Positions 28,898-39,680 of a DNA stretch of 64,000 nt are shown one piece after another. How positions within the stretch are numbered: position 1 is the stretch's first letter; each line of letters opens with the position of its first letter. The stretch lies in assembly GCA_017960545.1 (NCBI GenBank), contig JAGCYZ010000051.1, forward strand, positions 19,784 to 83,783, read 5' to 3'. Below the pieces are notes generated by a model. The model did no database searches. It saw nothing but the letters and a program-made list of their open reading frames with translations, and was not told the DNA's origin. Both the position numbers and the translations under genes were made by a program. Origin of the DNA: Bacteroidales bacterium (GTDB lineage Bacteria > Bacteroidota > Bacteroidia > Bacteroidales > UBA932).

Positions 28898-30004
28898 ATG
28901 AAGTACTACATCATAGCGGGCGAGGCTTCCGGCGACCTTCACGGAAGCAATCTCATAAAAGGCCTCGTGGCCTGCGATCCGGGGGCGGAGTTCCGCTTCT
29001 GGGGCGGAGACCTTATGAGCGCGGCCTGCGGGGAGCGTCCGGTGCGCCATTACGCCGATACGGCGGTAATGGGCCTCACGGACGTCCTGGGCAAGGCCGG
29101 CAAGCTGCTGGGCAACCTGCGCTTCTGCAAAAACGACATCCTGGCCTGGAAGCCCGACGTAGTAATCCTCATAGACTATCCGGGTTTCAATTTCAAGATC
29201 GCGGAATTCGCCCACGGAAAGGGCTTCAAGGTGTATTACTACATAGCGCCCAAGACCTGGGCGTCGCGCGAGGGCCGCAACCGCAAGCTCAAGAAGTACG
29301 TGGATAAGCTATACATAGTCTTCCCCTTCGAGATACCCTATTTCCAGAAGGCCGGAGTGGACTTCATCTACAAGGGCAATCCCCTTCTGGACGCCGTTGA
29401 CGGCCACCGCTACTCCCCTGCCAGCCACACTCCGTACGTGGCCCTTCTGCCCGGCTCGCGCAAGGGCGAAATCAAGCGTATGATGCCCATTTGCATGGAA
29501 GTGGCTGACAAGCTGGGATGCAAGATGGTAATTGCGGGCGCCCCGTCGCGCTCTGCGGAAGACTATGCGCAATACATAGGCTCGCGCAGCAATGTTGAGC
29601 TCATTTTCGGCCGTACTTACGATATCCTCAAATACGCTCAGGCTGCCATCATAAACTCCGGGACAGCCTCGCTCGAGGCCGCTCTCATCGGCACACCGCA
29701 GGTGGTTTGCTGGAGCACTTCGGCAATTACCGCCTTTGTGGCAAGGCACCTGTTCAGGGTGATGGACCACATCTCCTACATCTCCCTGGGCAACCTTATT
29801 ATGAACAAGGAAGTCTTCAAGGAACTGATCCAAGAAGACTTCACCTGCGATAATGTAGTTGCTGAAATCCAGGCCATTTCAGCGCCCGGCGAGCGCCGCA
29901 GCCGGATGCTGGCGGACTACGCCGCCATCCGCTCTGCCCTGGGCGGCTCCGGCGCCTCAAAGGCTATAGCCGAATCTATTTACAATTCACTCCTTCAAGA
30001 GTAA
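28898..30004 (+). CDS. lpxB: Lipid-A-disaccharide synthase
   Basis: AGEASGD, IDYPGFN, LLPGSR, SGTASLE. Confidence 0.95.
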   Translation: MKYYIIAGEASGDLHGSNLIKGLVACDPGAEFRFWGGDLMSAACGERPVRHYADTAVMGLTDVLGKAGKLLGNLRFCKNDILAWKPDVVILIDYPGFNFKIAEFAHGKGFKVYYYIAPKTWASREGRNRKLKKYVDKLYIVFPFEIPYFQKAGVDFIYKGNPLLDAVDGHRYSPASHTPYVALLPGSRKGEIKRMMPICMEVADKLGCKMVIAGAPSRSAEDYAQYIGSRSNVELIFGRTYDILKYAQAAIINSGTASLEAALIGTPQVVCWSTSAITAFVARHLFRVMDHISYISLGNLIMNKEVFKELIQEDFTCDNVVAEIQAISAPGERRSRMLADYAAIRSALGGSGASKAIAESIYNSLLQE

Positions 30005-31502
30005 CGGAAGAGTTGGACGTCGAGCCCACAAGTTCCATTTTCAAATTGTCTCCGTCAAAGGTAAAGCGGAAGCTTTCGGTAGTGCCTGCGTTGAAGAACG
30101 ACAGGGACTGGGCTGACAGCTGGTCCTTTGCCGTCCAGGAGCATATTCCCGCTGAATAATAAGGCGTTACATCCTGGGTGTTGGGATAGGAAGAGCGCAC
30201 AAGCGCCATCTTGCGGTCCGTCTGGCGAATCTTCCAGTCGCCAAGGCCGAAGTCGAGGTTGGTGTTGCTGGCGGCGGTCTCCAGCGTAAGCTGGCAGTTG
30301 CCGTCCGCATCGAAGCGGAAGCATACCTTCTCTATTCCGTACTGGTTCTGGAACATACGGTACTTGCGCGTCTGGGCCTTGGCCTGAGCCACTGAAGGCT
30401 CGAAAGGCTTCTTGAGGGCGTAGCCGGAAATGGCCTGCTCCAGGTTTATCTTGGAGGCCTTGAGCTTCTTGTCGCCCACGGCAGGAAGCATCTTGTAAAC
30501 CATATTGTTGAAGCCGGTCTCGTCGCGTACCACGCCGGTGGAAATAACCGCGAAATCTTTGTCGGGGAACACCAGCATAACCTGGTTCATTCCTCCGATG
30601 GCCCTGTAGGAGCCGCAGCGGCCCATCCAGCACTGGTAGCCGTATCCCTGGCCTCCGTCATCGGTAGCGTCCTTCTCGGGGCCGTTGGGGTCTTTCTGGT
30701 AGATGTGCGGCCTTGTGGCTGTCTCTATCCACTCTGAATTGAGCAGCTGCTTGCCGTTGTACTTGCCCTTGTTCATCATAAAGATGCAGAACTTGGCCAT
30801 ATCGGAGGTGCGCAGATGCGATCCGCCGTTACCCATATTGTGGCCGTCGTCGTCCATCTCCCAGGCAATGTCCTTTATCCCCAGGGGCTCGAAGAGTCTG
30901 GGCTCAAGGTACTCCCTGATTGAGAGGCCTGTCACGCGGGTGATGATGTTGGACAGCATATGCGATGCGGTGATATTGTATGCGAAGTGGGTGCCCGGAT
31001 GGAACTCGAACTCGGCCGCAAGGAAAGACTTCACCTGCGGAAGTCCTGACCCCGCGTATGAGGTTGACTTATGGCCTACGGACATAGTGAGCAGGTGCTC
31101 TACAGTAAGGTTTGCAAGGTCCTCTGAGATTACGTTCGGCAGGAGGTCCGGGAAGAATGAGGTCACCTTGTCGCTTACCTTGAGCAGGCCCTCCTGCACG
31201 GCAAAGCCTACGGCCGCCTGGGTCATAGTCTTTGTAAACGAGTACATAGCGTGGGTGTACTCAGGGCCGTAAGGGGCCCACCAGTGCTCGGCAATCACCT
31301 TTCCGTGGCGGAGAATCATTATGCTGTGGATCTCAAGGCCGCTCTGATCAAGGTCCGAGAAGAACTGAACTATGGCCTGGGGGTCCACGCCTTCGGCCTC
31401 GGGTGTGCTGCGCGGAAGCCCGTCGTTGTATGCGTATGCACTAGCAAAAGCTGTCAGCAGCACCGCTGCCGACAGCATTAATTTCTTTATACGAAGCGTC
31501 AT
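29976..31502 (-). CDS. Exported serine hydrolase, beta-lactamase fold
   Basis: SFTK (SxxK), HLLTMSVG, FAYN, YGYQCW. Confidence 0.85.
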   Translation of the reverse strand: MTLRIKKLMLSAAVLLTAFASAYAYNDGLPRSTPEAEGVDPQAIVQFFSDLDQSGLEIHSIMILRHGKVIAEHWWAPYGPEYTHAMYSFTKTMTQAAVGFAVQEGLLKVSDKVTSFFPDLLPNVISEDLANLTVEHLLTMSVGHKSTSYAGSGLPQVKSFLAAEFEFHPGTHFAYNITASHMLSNIITRVTGLSIREYLEPRLFEPLGIKDIAWEMDDDGHNMGNGGSHLRTSDMAKFCIFMMNKGKYNGKQLLNSEWIETATRPHIYQKDPNGPEKDATDDGGQGYGYQCWMGRCGSYRAIGGMNQVMLVFPDKDFAVISTGVVRDETGFNNMVYKMLPAVGDKKLKASKINLEQAISGYALKKPFEPSVAQAKAQTRKYRMFQNQYGIEKVCFRFDADGNCQLTLETAASNTNLDFGLGDWKIRQTDRKMALVRSSYPNTQDVTPYYSAGICSWTAKDQLSAQSLSFFNAGTTESFRFTFDGDNLKMELVGSTSNSSVTLEGVNCK

Positions 31503-31507
31503 ATCCG

Positions 31508-33067
31508 TTATTTAACTTTGCCCTTGAGCATTGTGATGGAGTGAGCCGGGAAGGAGTACCTGAGGTTGGCGTTGCCGGGGTTCTTGAGGTCGGCCTTCTT
31601 CTGGGTGGTCACGGTGGTCGTGCTTACGGTGTTCTCGGCCTTGATGTCAGGTCCGTTGATCTCGTAAACCTCTACCGGGCCGCTGAACTTGGCCTGCTGG
31701 CAGATGATGTCGGTGGCGATAGCCTTGTCCTTGTTGCGGTTTACGACGCATACGATAAGCTCGTCGCCGTCGAGGGCTGCGGTTACGTCAAGATAAGGAA
31801 CGTCCTTTACAGAAGCGTTGACCTCGTTGCGTCCCAGAGAGAAGTCGGGTGAAGTGTCGTACTTGTCGCAATCTACGAATACGTCCAGGGCCTCTCCCTT
31901 CATATTGTTGGCGAACAGCTGAAGTGGATAGTAGATTGTCTGGAGATACATCTTGTCGTCCTCTACGAAGATGGGGGCGATAACGTTCACGAGCTGCGCC
32001 ATATTGGCCATCTTAACTATATCGGCATTGCGGACGAAGCAGTTGAGGAAGCCTGCGATTACCAGAGCGTCCTCGAGGTTATAGTGCTCCTCAAGGGCGT
32101 GGATTCCCACGGAGCTTGCGTCATCGCGTGCGCGGTACCATACATTATACTCGTCCCAGGCTATCTTAATGGGACGGTCGCTCTTGTTGTACTCGCGGAT
32201 CATTCCCCTTACAAGCTGAGTGCGCTGGTCCATGATGATAGGAGTTGCCAGGAAATCGTAGTAATTGTTGTTGGCGTTTCCTACGTACATATGCAGGGCG
32301 ATATAATCCACAAATCCGTCAAGGTAATCAAGCACGGTGCGGTTCCACTCGTCGGGATCGGCTCCCGGGGTGTAGTTGGAAGAACCCGATGCGATGAGCT
32401 TGATGGTAGGATCGGTATAGGTCATGATCTTGGCGGCCTCGCGGGCTTTCTTGGCGTAGTCCATAGGTGAGAGCTGGCCCATCTGCCAGTCGCCGTCCAT
32501 CTCGTTGCCAAGGCCCCAGTACTTGATGTTGTAGGGCTCGTCGTGGCCATATTTGCGGCGTAGTTCGGCGTAGTAAGGGCCTTCTTTGATATTGCAGTAC
32601 TCCACCCACCACTGGGCTTCCTCAATGGTTCCTGTTCCCAGGTTGATGGCGAAATAGGGCTCGGTGCCCACCTTGCGGGCGAAGTCCATGAATTCGTCGG
32701 TTCCGAACTCGTTGCTCTCCATCCTCTGCCAGGCAAGTTCCAGGCGGGGCTTGCGGTTGGGGCCTACGCCGTCCAGCCAGTGATAGTTGGACACGAAGTT
32801 GCCTCCCGGATAGCGGGTGATGGATACGTTAAGGTCCCTGATGGCCTGGAGTACGTCCTTGCGGAGGCCGGCTTCGTCGGCCTGTGAAGACTCGGGGTCG
32901 TAAAGTCCGCCGTAGATGCAACGGCCGAGGTGCTCGGTGAAATTGCTGTAGAGGTTCTTGTCAATCTCCCCTATCTTGCGGTCAGTGTCAATCTTGATCC
33001 TTGCAGTCTGGGCAAAGGCTGGCAGTGCCAGGAATGCAGTCAAGAGGATTACATAAAGCCTTTTCAT
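31508..33067 (-). CDS. GH51 alpha-L-arabinofuranosidase
   Basis: EHLGRCIYGG, RYPGGNF, LGNEMDG, DEYNVW, AQLVNVI. Confidence 0.95.
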   Translation of the reverse strand: MKRLYVILLTAFLALPAFAQTARIKIDTDRKIGEIDKNLYSNFTEHLGRCIYGGLYDPESSQADEAGLRKDVLQAIRDLNVSITRYPGGNFVSNYHWLDGVGPNRKPRLELAWQRMESNEFGTDEFMDFARKVGTEPYFAINLGTGTIEEAQWWVEYCNIKEGPYYAELRRKYGHDEPYNIKYWGLGNEMDGDWQMGQLSPMDYAKKAREAAKIMTYTDPTIKLIASGSSNYTPGADPDEWNRTVLDYLDGFVDYIALHMYVGNANNNYYDFLATPIIMDQRTQLVRGMIREYNKSDRPIKIAWDEYNVWYRARDDASSVGIHALEEHYNLEDALVIAGFLNCFVRNADIVKMANMAQLVNVIAPIFVEDDKMYLQTIYYPLQLFANNMKGEALDVFVDCDKYDTSPDFSLGRNEVNASVKDVPYLDVTAALDGDELIVCVVNRNKDKAIATDIICQQAKFSGPVEVYEINGPDIKAENTVSTTTVTTQKKADLKNPGNANLRYSFPAHSITMLKGKVK

Positions 33068-33093
33068 ATTATCAGTGTTTTAATTAGTGGTTG

Positions 33094-33741
33094 TCATTCA
33101 GCGAATATGGCCGTACCAATACGCACCATTGTAGCTCCGTGGCGAAGGGCAATCTTATAGTCTCCGGACATTCCTATGGAAAGCTGGTCAAATGCTTCCA
33201 ACTCAGGGAAAAGGTCCTTGACATAGGCCATGAAGGTGTCTATGCGGGCGAAGTCAGCGTCTATGACGCTCTCGTCGTCAGTGTTGGTGGCCATAGCCAT
33301 AAGGCCGCGAAAGCGCACGTGAGGGAACTTGTCGGCGCCAAAAAGGATTTCGAGCGCCTCCTCCTCCGCAAAGCCCTGCTTTGTCTGCTCCGCGCCTATG
33401 TGAATTTCCAGAAGGATGTCAGTGACGCGGTCGTTGGCCTTGCCCCATTTCTCAATCTCGTCCAGCAGGTGGCGGGTATCCACGCTCTGGACCAGGGAGG
33501 CATACGGAAGGACCAGCTTGAGCTTGTTGGTCTGCAGGTGGCCTATGAAGTGCCATTCGATGTCTTTGGGGAGGATCTCAACCTTTGCGGCAAAGTCCTG
33601 GGGGCGGCTCTCGGCAAACACCTTCTGGCCCGCGTCGTAGGCTCTTTTGATGGCTTCGGCAGGGTAATATTTGGAAACTGCCACCAATTTGACATCCGGC
33701 GGCAGTTCCTTCCAAAGATTATTTAAATTACTCTCTATCAA
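33094..33741 (-). CDS. yggS: YggS-family PLP-binding protein
   Basis: LVAVSK, WHFIGHLQTNK, LSIGMSGD, VRIGTAIF. Confidence 0.93.
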   Translation of the reverse strand: MIESNLNNLWKELPPDVKLVAVSKYYPAEAIKRAYDAGQKVFAESRPQDFAAKVEILPKDIEWHFIGHLQTNKLKLVLPYASLVQSVDTRHLLDEIEKWGKANDRVTDILLEIHIGAEQTKQGFAEEEALEILFGADKFPHVRFRGLMAMATNTDDESVIDADFARIDTFMAYVKDLFPELEAFDQLSIGMSGDYKIALRHGATMVRIGTAIFAE

Positions 33742-35610
33742 TTATTTCTTCTTGTTGTTCTGTTGTGCGCGCATTTGCTGCTGCTGCATCCTCTGGGCCT
33801 CTTCCAGCCTCTGCTGGAACTTGGACTTGGGAACCGGCTTGCCTTCTGAAGCCTTCACCTTCTCTACCACAGCCTCGGGCTTTACGATGAACTTGCGGAT
33901 TATCCAAATCTCAAGCATTGCTATGAGCTGGGAAAGCAGGTAATAATAACTGAGGGCTGATGACAGGTTGTTACAGATGAAGAACATCATTATAGGCATC
34001 ATCCACAGGCTCATGAAGCGCATGCTTGCAGCGCTGGGATCGTCGGAATTGGGCTGGCTGGAGAGGGTGTACTTGGAGTAAACCCACATTACAACCGCCA
34101 TAAGAAGGGCGAACAGCGACAGGTGGTCTCCCAGCAGGGGTATCCTGCGGCCGAACTCTACTATTGAGTCGTATGCGGAAAGGTCCTTGGCCCACAGGAA
34201 AGGCTGCTGGCGCAGCTCGATGGAAGCCGGGAAGAAGCGGAACATTGCCCAGAGTATAGGGAATGTAAGAAGCGTGGGGAGGCATCCTCCCATTGGACTC
34301 ACTCCCGCCCGTTTATACAGGTCCATGGTTGCCTGCTGCTTTTTCATTGCATCTTCCTGCTTGGGATACTTGGCGTTGATCTTGTCCATGAAGGGCCTCA
34401 GGGCGGCCATCTTGGCAGAAGATGCGAACGACTTGTATGTGAACGGCAGTACCACCAGCTTGATGACCAGGGTCATCAGGAGGATGATGAGGCCGTAGCT
34501 TGCTATGAAGCGGTGGAAGAAGTTGAACATAGGGATGATTACGAACCTTGTGAACCATCCTACCAGCCATCCTCCCAGAGGGATTATCTTTTCGTACTTC
34601 TGGTCATAGGTCTGAAGCGTCTGGTAATGGTTGGGGCCAAGGTACATGTCAAAGCCCATCTCAATCTTCTGAGGGTCCTTGCGCTGGAGTTCCATACGCA
34701 TCTCGGCCTTGCAGGTCATAAGGTTGCGTGAAGGGTCGTCCTGGGAGAAGAACTCTATTGAAACGTCTCCGGAGGAGAATTCGTCCTTGGCGCGCACTAT
34801 GTAGCTGAAGAACTGCTGCTGGAACGCGAACCAGGAGAGCTTGGAATCGATCCTCTTGTTTCCGTTGCGGCCGCGGCCCAGTTCGGAAGGCTTCTTCTCG
34901 CCGTTGAAGTAGTAGTCCAGCTTGGAGTACTGGGATTCGTTCTTGAAGCCCTTTTCCATACGGGGAACTACGGTGGCGAAGTCTATGTCTATGTTGGATA
35001 CGTTCTGGGGGATGACGGAGCCCAGTCCTACAAACGAGAGGGTGTTGTCCATCATATAGGAGTCCTGGGGAAGCTCGTAGCGCTGCTCTATGTATCCGCC
35101 GCCGTCAAAGAAAAGGCGGAACACGAGCTTGGTGTTGGAGCTTTCGGCCAGGGTGAAGTTGAAGTCCGATGTCTTGATGGCCTCACCGGCATAGACGCTC
35201 ACGTCATACTTGTTGCCTCCGTCCTTGAACAGATAGAGGTCCGTTTTGTCATAGTTTGTATAGTCCTTGATACGGGCAGAGTAGAGCTGCGCTCCCTTGG
35301 TGGTGAAAGTGAGCTTGAGCAGGTTGTTCTCCAGTGTATAGAACTGCTCCTGCCCCATAGCGGCCATTGTGAGCGAGGTGTCTTTGTAAATAGTTACCTG
35401 CTGAGCGTTCTGCTGTACGTCCTGGCCTGCCTGCGCGATGTCAGTCTGAGGGGTAACCTGGGTAAGGCCCGGATCACCGCCCTGGCGCGTATCGTCCACC
35501 ATCTCCTGGGACTGGGCCATCTGCTGCTCGTATTTCCTTCTCTGGACATAGGTGAATCCGAAAAGGACCATAGCGATCAGTATGAGTCCTACTATAGAGT
35601 TTTTATCCAT
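33742..35610 (-). CDS. yidC: Membrane protein insertase YidC
   Basis: N-terminal TM, periplasmic domain, YGLIILLMT, PMGGCLP, FLWAKDLS. Confidence 0.95.
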   Translation of the reverse strand: MDKNSIVGLILIAMVLFGFTYVQRRKYEQQMAQSQEMVDDTRQGGDPGLTQVTPQTDIAQAGQDVQQNAQQVTIYKDTSLTMAAMGQEQFYTLENNLLKLTFTTKGAQLYSARIKDYTNYDKTDLYLFKDGGNKYDVSVYAGEAIKTSDFNFTLAESSNTKLVFRLFFDGGGYIEQRYELPQDSYMMDNTLSFVGLGSVIPQNVSNIDIDFATVVPRMEKGFKNESQYSKLDYYFNGEKKPSELGRGRNGNKRIDSKLSWFAFQQQFFSYIVRAKDEFSSGDVSIEFFSQDDPSRNLMTCKAEMRMELQRKDPQKIEMGFDMYLGPNHYQTLQTYDQKYEKIIPLGGWLVGWFTRFVIIPMFNFFHRFIASYGLIILLMTLVIKLVVLPFTYKSFASSAKMAALRPFMDKINAKYPKQEDAMKKQQATMDLYKRAGVSPMGGCLPTLLTFPILWAMFRFFPASIELRQQPFLWAKDLSAYDSIVEFGRRIPLLGDHLSLFALLMAVVMWVYSKYTLSSQPNSDDPSAASMRFMSLWMMPIMMFFICNNLSSALSYYYLLSQLIAMLEIWIIRKFIVKPEAVVEKVKASEGKPVPKSKFQQRLEEAQRMQQQQMRAQQNNKKK

Positions 35611-35616
35611 ACGCCG

Positions 35617-37368
35617 CTACTCCTGTTCGTTTGCCGCCTCGGCCTCTTCCATCTGGCGGATCTTGTCCTGAAGGGCCTTGAGTTCTCCCTTGGCCACCTC
35701 TATCTTGTCCCTCATCTGCTTGATGAGCGGCTCGGAGTTCTTGGACATTGCAAAGAAGCCTATGTTGTTCTCGTAGGTGTCAATATCCTGCTGAAGGGCG
35801 TTGTACTGCTGGATGAGGATGTCCTTCTCTGACCTTGGAGCCTTCTGGAAACTCCTGCCGGAGCCTCTCTGGCCTCCCCTTGTGTTCATTCCGGGGAACT
35901 TGGCCTGGAAGGCTTCCTTGTATGCGGCGGCAATCTTCTCCTTCTCCTTGAATGGAACGAATCCAATAGCCTGCCACTTCTGGATGAACTCCTTTGCAGC
36001 CTCTTCGTTGGCTGCGGCGTCATCGGAAGGAACGTATGCGTTGATCTCCTCTATGATCTTCTTCTTTGCCTTAAGGTTGAAATGATAGTCGTTCTCCGGC
36101 TTGGCGTTCTTGTCCCTTTCTGCGAAGAACTCATCGCAGGCGGCGCGGAAGCGCTTCCACAGCTGGTCACCCTTCTTGTGGGCTACGGGACCTATCTCCT
36201 TCCACTGCTTCTGCAGCTGGATGAACTGGTCGGTGGCCTTCTTCCATTCGGTGCTGGCCTTGAGGGCCTCTGCCTGCTCAACTATCTTGACCTTCTTTGC
36301 AAGGTTCTCAACCATGCTGCCCTTGTAATCTACATAGAAGTCACGCTTCTTGAGATAGAAGCGGTCGCAGGCGGCGCGGAAGCGGTCGTAAATCTTCTGG
36401 TTGTCTTTCTTTGAAGCGAAGCCGATGGCTTTCCACTCTTTCTGGATACCCTCGATCTGGCTTGCAAGGACATTCCACTCGTTGGAGGCCACTTCTCCGG
36501 CCTCGGCCTTGGCGGCAATCTCCTCCACCCTCTCGCAGAGCTTGGACTTGGCGGCAAGGTTCTCAGCCTGCTCACCCTTGAGTTCCTCGAAGTGAGCCTG
36601 GTACTTCTTGTTGATTACTGCGGTGGCAGCCTTGAAGCGCTCCCAGATGGACTCGCGGTGCTCCTTGTCAACGGGGCCGTACTCCTTCCACTGCTCGTGC
36701 AGTTTCTGAAGCTCGCGGAAGGCCTCCACCACGTTGGGGTTCTCCGCCAGTTTCTCGGCAGCCTCGCAGAACTTCTCCTTTACCTCGAGGTTCTTCTTGA
36801 AATCAAGGTCGCGGAGTTCGTGGTTGATCTTGACCATATCGTAGAACTTGACCACGTAGTACTGGTAGGTGTCGTTGATGTCGCGGAAGTTTGCGGCGGG
36901 AACCGGGCCTATCTCTTTCCAGCGGGCCTGGATGTCACGGAATGCGGGGAAGGTGGCGTTGATGTCTTCCTGGGTCTCAACGAGGGCCTTGAGGTCCTCA
37001 AGGACGGCCTTTTTCTTTTCAAGGTTCTCTCCCCTTTCCTTGTCCAGCGTCTTGTTGTATTCTGCGCGCTCAGCCTTGAATTGTTCGTATAATGATTTGA
37101 AGGACTCCTCTATATCCGTCAGAGGGTTCTCTTCTGTCTTTTCCTTGTTCAGTTTCTTGTAGAATGCGGTCCTGATGGCCTCCAGCTCCTTCTGTCTCTT
37201 CATTTTCTGCTCGTCGCTGAAAATTTCCCTGAAGGATGCAATAAGCTCCTCGAAGGACTTCTCCGCTGCGCCGGTTGCCGTTTCAACTGTCTGTTCTACT
37301 GCCGCTTCTACGGTTTCAAGTACATCTGATGTCTGGTTGATAACATCAGGAATAATATTCTCACTCAT
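35617..37368 (-). CDS. DUF349 domain protein
   Basis: Repeated WKEIGPV...W-RFRAACD units. Confidence 0.9.
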   Translation of the reverse strand: MSENIIPDVINQTSDVLETVEAAVEQTVETATGAAEKSFEELIASFREIFSDEQKMKRQKELEAIRTAFYKKLNKEKTEENPLTDIEESFKSLYEQFKAERAEYNKTLDKERGENLEKKKAVLEDLKALVETQEDINATFPAFRDIQARWKEIGPVPAANFRDINDTYQYYVVKFYDMVKINHELRDLDFKKNLEVKEKFCEAAEKLAENPNVVEAFRELQKLHEQWKEYGPVDKEHRESIWERFKAATAVINKKYQAHFEELKGEQAENLAAKSKLCERVEEIAAKAEAGEVASNEWNVLASQIEGIQKEWKAIGFASKKDNQKIYDRFRAACDRFYLKKRDFYVDYKGSMVENLAKKVKIVEQAEALKASTEWKKATDQFIQLQKQWKEIGPVAHKKGDQLWKRFRAACDEFFAERDKNAKPENDYHFNLKAKKKIIEEINAYVPSDDAAANEEAAKEFIQKWQAIGFVPFKEKEKIAAAYKEAFQAKFPGMNTRGGQRGSGRSFQKAPRSEKDILIQQYNALQQDIDTYENNIGFFAMSKNSEPLIKQMRDKIEVAKGELKALQDKIRQMEEAEAANEQE

Positions 37369-37457
37369 AATAGATGATAATTAAGTATTAGCTTACAAAT
37401 ATACCATAATTTTTGAAGTATTTGCTATTTTTGCTACGCAAAAGGAATTATGTCAAA

Positions 37458-38141
37458 ATGAGAATAGATATACTTACCGTAGTGCCTGAACTGCTGGAGA
37501 GTCCGCTCAGCCATTCCATAGTGGGAAGGGCCATCAAAAAAGGCCTTGTGGAGATACACGTACACAATATCCGCAAGTACGGCCTGGGCCCCCACAAGTC
37601 AGTGGACGACTACTGCTACGGTGGCGACGCCGGTATGGTGATGATGGTGGAACCGGTGTTCAAGATGATCAACGAACTCACCGGGCAGCGCCATTACGAC
37701 GAGATTATCTATATGTCCCCTGACGGAGAACTCCTGAGCCAGGGAATCGCAAACGAACTGTCGCTCAAGGAAAACATAATTATCCTCTGCGGCCATTACA
37801 AGGGAATAGACCACCGCATACGCGAGCATCTCATAACCCGTGAGATATCCATCGGGGACTATGTCCTCAGCGGAGGGGAAATCCCGGCCGCCGTAGTGGC
37901 GGACTCCATAGTCCGCCTTATCCCCGGCGCCCTGACGGATGAGACCTCCGCCCTGAGCGATTCCTTCCAGGACGACCTTCTCTCCCCTCCCGTTTACACC
38001 CGCCCCGCAGAATTCAACGGCTGGAAAGTACCTGACGTGCTTTTGAGCGGCAATCCCAAACTGATCCAGGCCTGGCAGGACGAGCAGGCGCTGGAGCGGA
38101 CAAAGGAACTCAGGCCTCATCTACTTTCTAAAAAATTTTAA
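37458..38141 (+). CDS. trmD: tRNA (guanine37-N1)-methyltransferase
   Basis: [23 protein letters not shown]. Confidence 0.96.
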   Translation: MRIDILTVVPELLESPLSHSIVGRAIKKGLVEIHVHNIRKYGLGPHKSVDDYCYGGDAGMVMMVEPVFKMINELTGQRHYDEIIYMSPDGELLSQGIANELSLKENIIILCGHYKGIDHRIREHLITREISIGDYVLSGGEIPAAVVADSIVRLIPGALTDETSALSDSFQDDLLSPPVYTRPAEFNGWKVPDVLLSGNPKLIQAWQDEQALERTKELRPHLLSKKF

Positions 38142-38214
38142 ATTCAAAATACAATTTTTATTGTTTTTTTTGATTTTTGTGTTGCAGAATTCGGAAATAG
38201 GTGTATCTTTGCAA

Positions 38215-38333
38215 TAGACTTAAAACGATTAAGTCCTAGCTGATAATTCTAACCAACATAATTAGCCTTCTTTAAGGTAATACACTACTAACTAACCATT
38301 AAAGCCCGCTGTGAAGCGGGCTTTAAATCTTTT
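38215..38333 (+). ncRNA. Candidate small RNA between trmD and xylA
   Basis: TATCTTTG at 38204-38211; 5' hairpin GACTTAA/TTAAGTC; no ATG in the body; 12-bp stem with GUGA loop at 38299-38326. Confidence 0.6.
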
Positions 38334-38351
38334 GTTATGTAAGCCTGAGGC

Positions 38352-39665
38352 TTAGATGTACAGGCTGATGATTGCCTCGTAAAGCTCCTGCTTGCCTGAG
38401 GTCTGCTTGGGCTCGCCGGCTTTCTTTGCGTATGCAACTGCATCCTCGAGGGTGAGCTTGCCGTCCTCGAAGTCCTTGCCGATACCAGCGTCGTAAGAAG
38501 CGTAACGCTCCTTGCGCATCTGCTCGATAGGAGAATTTGCAAGAACGTCAGCTGCGATCTCAAGGGCGCGGGCCATTACGTCCATACCGGATACATGTGC
38601 GAGAACGATGTCCTCAAGGTCTGTAGAGTTGCGGCGTGTCTTAGCGTCGAAGTTGCTTCCTCCAACGAGTCCGCCGTTGCGGATGATAACCATCATAGCC
38701 TGAACGAGCTCGTACAGGTCGATAGGGAACTGGTCGGTATCCCATCCGTTCTGGTAGTCTCCCCTGTTGGCGTCGATGCTTCCAAGAAGGCCTGCGTCAG
38801 AAGCAGCCTGGAGCTCGTGCTCGAAGGTGTGGCCTGCCAGTGTGGCGTGGTTAACCTCGATGTTAACCTTGAAGTCCTTGTCAAGTCCGTTTGCGCGGAG
38901 GAATCCGATAACGGTCTCGGTGTCAACATCGTACTGGTGCTTTGTAGGCTCCATAGGCTTGGGCTCGATGAGGAATGTGCCCTTGAATCCCTTTGCACGT
39001 GCATAGTCGCGGGCCATCTTGAGCATTGTTGCCATATGCTCTTTCTCACGCTTCATATCGGTGTTCAGGAGGCTCATGTAACCCTCGCGGCCACCCCAGA
39101 ATACGTAGCACTCGCCACCCAGCTCGATTGTTGCATCGATAGCGTTCTTGATCTGAACCATAGCGCGGGCTGCAACGTCAAAGTCAGGGTTGGTGGAAGC
39201 GCCGTTCATATAACGCTTGTGTCCAAATACGTTGGCTGTTCCCCAAAGGAGCTTGATGCCGGTCTCTGCCTGTTTCTGCTTGAGGTATGCGACAACCTCC
39301 TTGAGGTTCTTCTCGTACTCCTCGATTGTGTCAGCCTCTGCTACGAGGTCAACATCGTGGAAGCAGTAATAGCCGATTCCGAGTTTCTGCATGAGCTCGA
39401 AGCCTGCGTCAACTTTGTTCTTAGCTGCCTGTACAGGATCCGGATCTCCGTTCCAAGGGAAGCACTTTGTGCCGGGACCGAACTGGTCGCTGCCCTCTGC
39501 GCACAGTGTGTGCCACCAAGCCATAGCGAACTTGAGCCAGTCCTTCATCTTCTTTCCACATACTTCCTTCTCAGGATCATAGTAATGGAAGGCCATAGGG
39601 TTCTTTGAAGCCTTGCCTTCGAAAGGGATTTTCCCTACCATAGGGAAATATTCTTTGTTAGCCAT
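38352..39665 (-). CDS. xylA: Xylose isomerase (class II)
   Basis: [37 protein letters not shown]. Confidence 0.98.
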   Translation of the reverse strand: MANKEYFPMVGKIPFEGKASKNPMAFHYYDPEKEVCGKKMKDWLKFAMAWWHTLCAEGSDQFGPGTKCFPWNGDPDPVQAAKNKVDAGFELMQKLGIGYYCFHDVDLVAEADTIEEYEKNLKEVVAYLKQKQAETGIKLLWGTANVFGHKRYMNGASTNPDFDVAARAMVQIKNAIDATIELGGECYVFWGGREGYMSLLNTDMKREKEHMATMLKMARDYARAKGFKGTFLIEPKPMEPTKHQYDVDTETVIGFLRANGLDKDFKVNIEVNHATLAGHTFEHELQAASDAGLLGSIDANRGDYQNGWDTDQFPIDLYELVQAMMVIIRNGGLVGGSNFDAKTRRNSTDLEDIVLAHVSGMDVMARALEIAADVLANSPIEQMRKERYASYDAGIGKDFEDGKLTLEDAVAYAKKAGEPKQTSGKQELYEAIISLYI

Positions 39666-39680
39666 AAATGTAATTGATTA

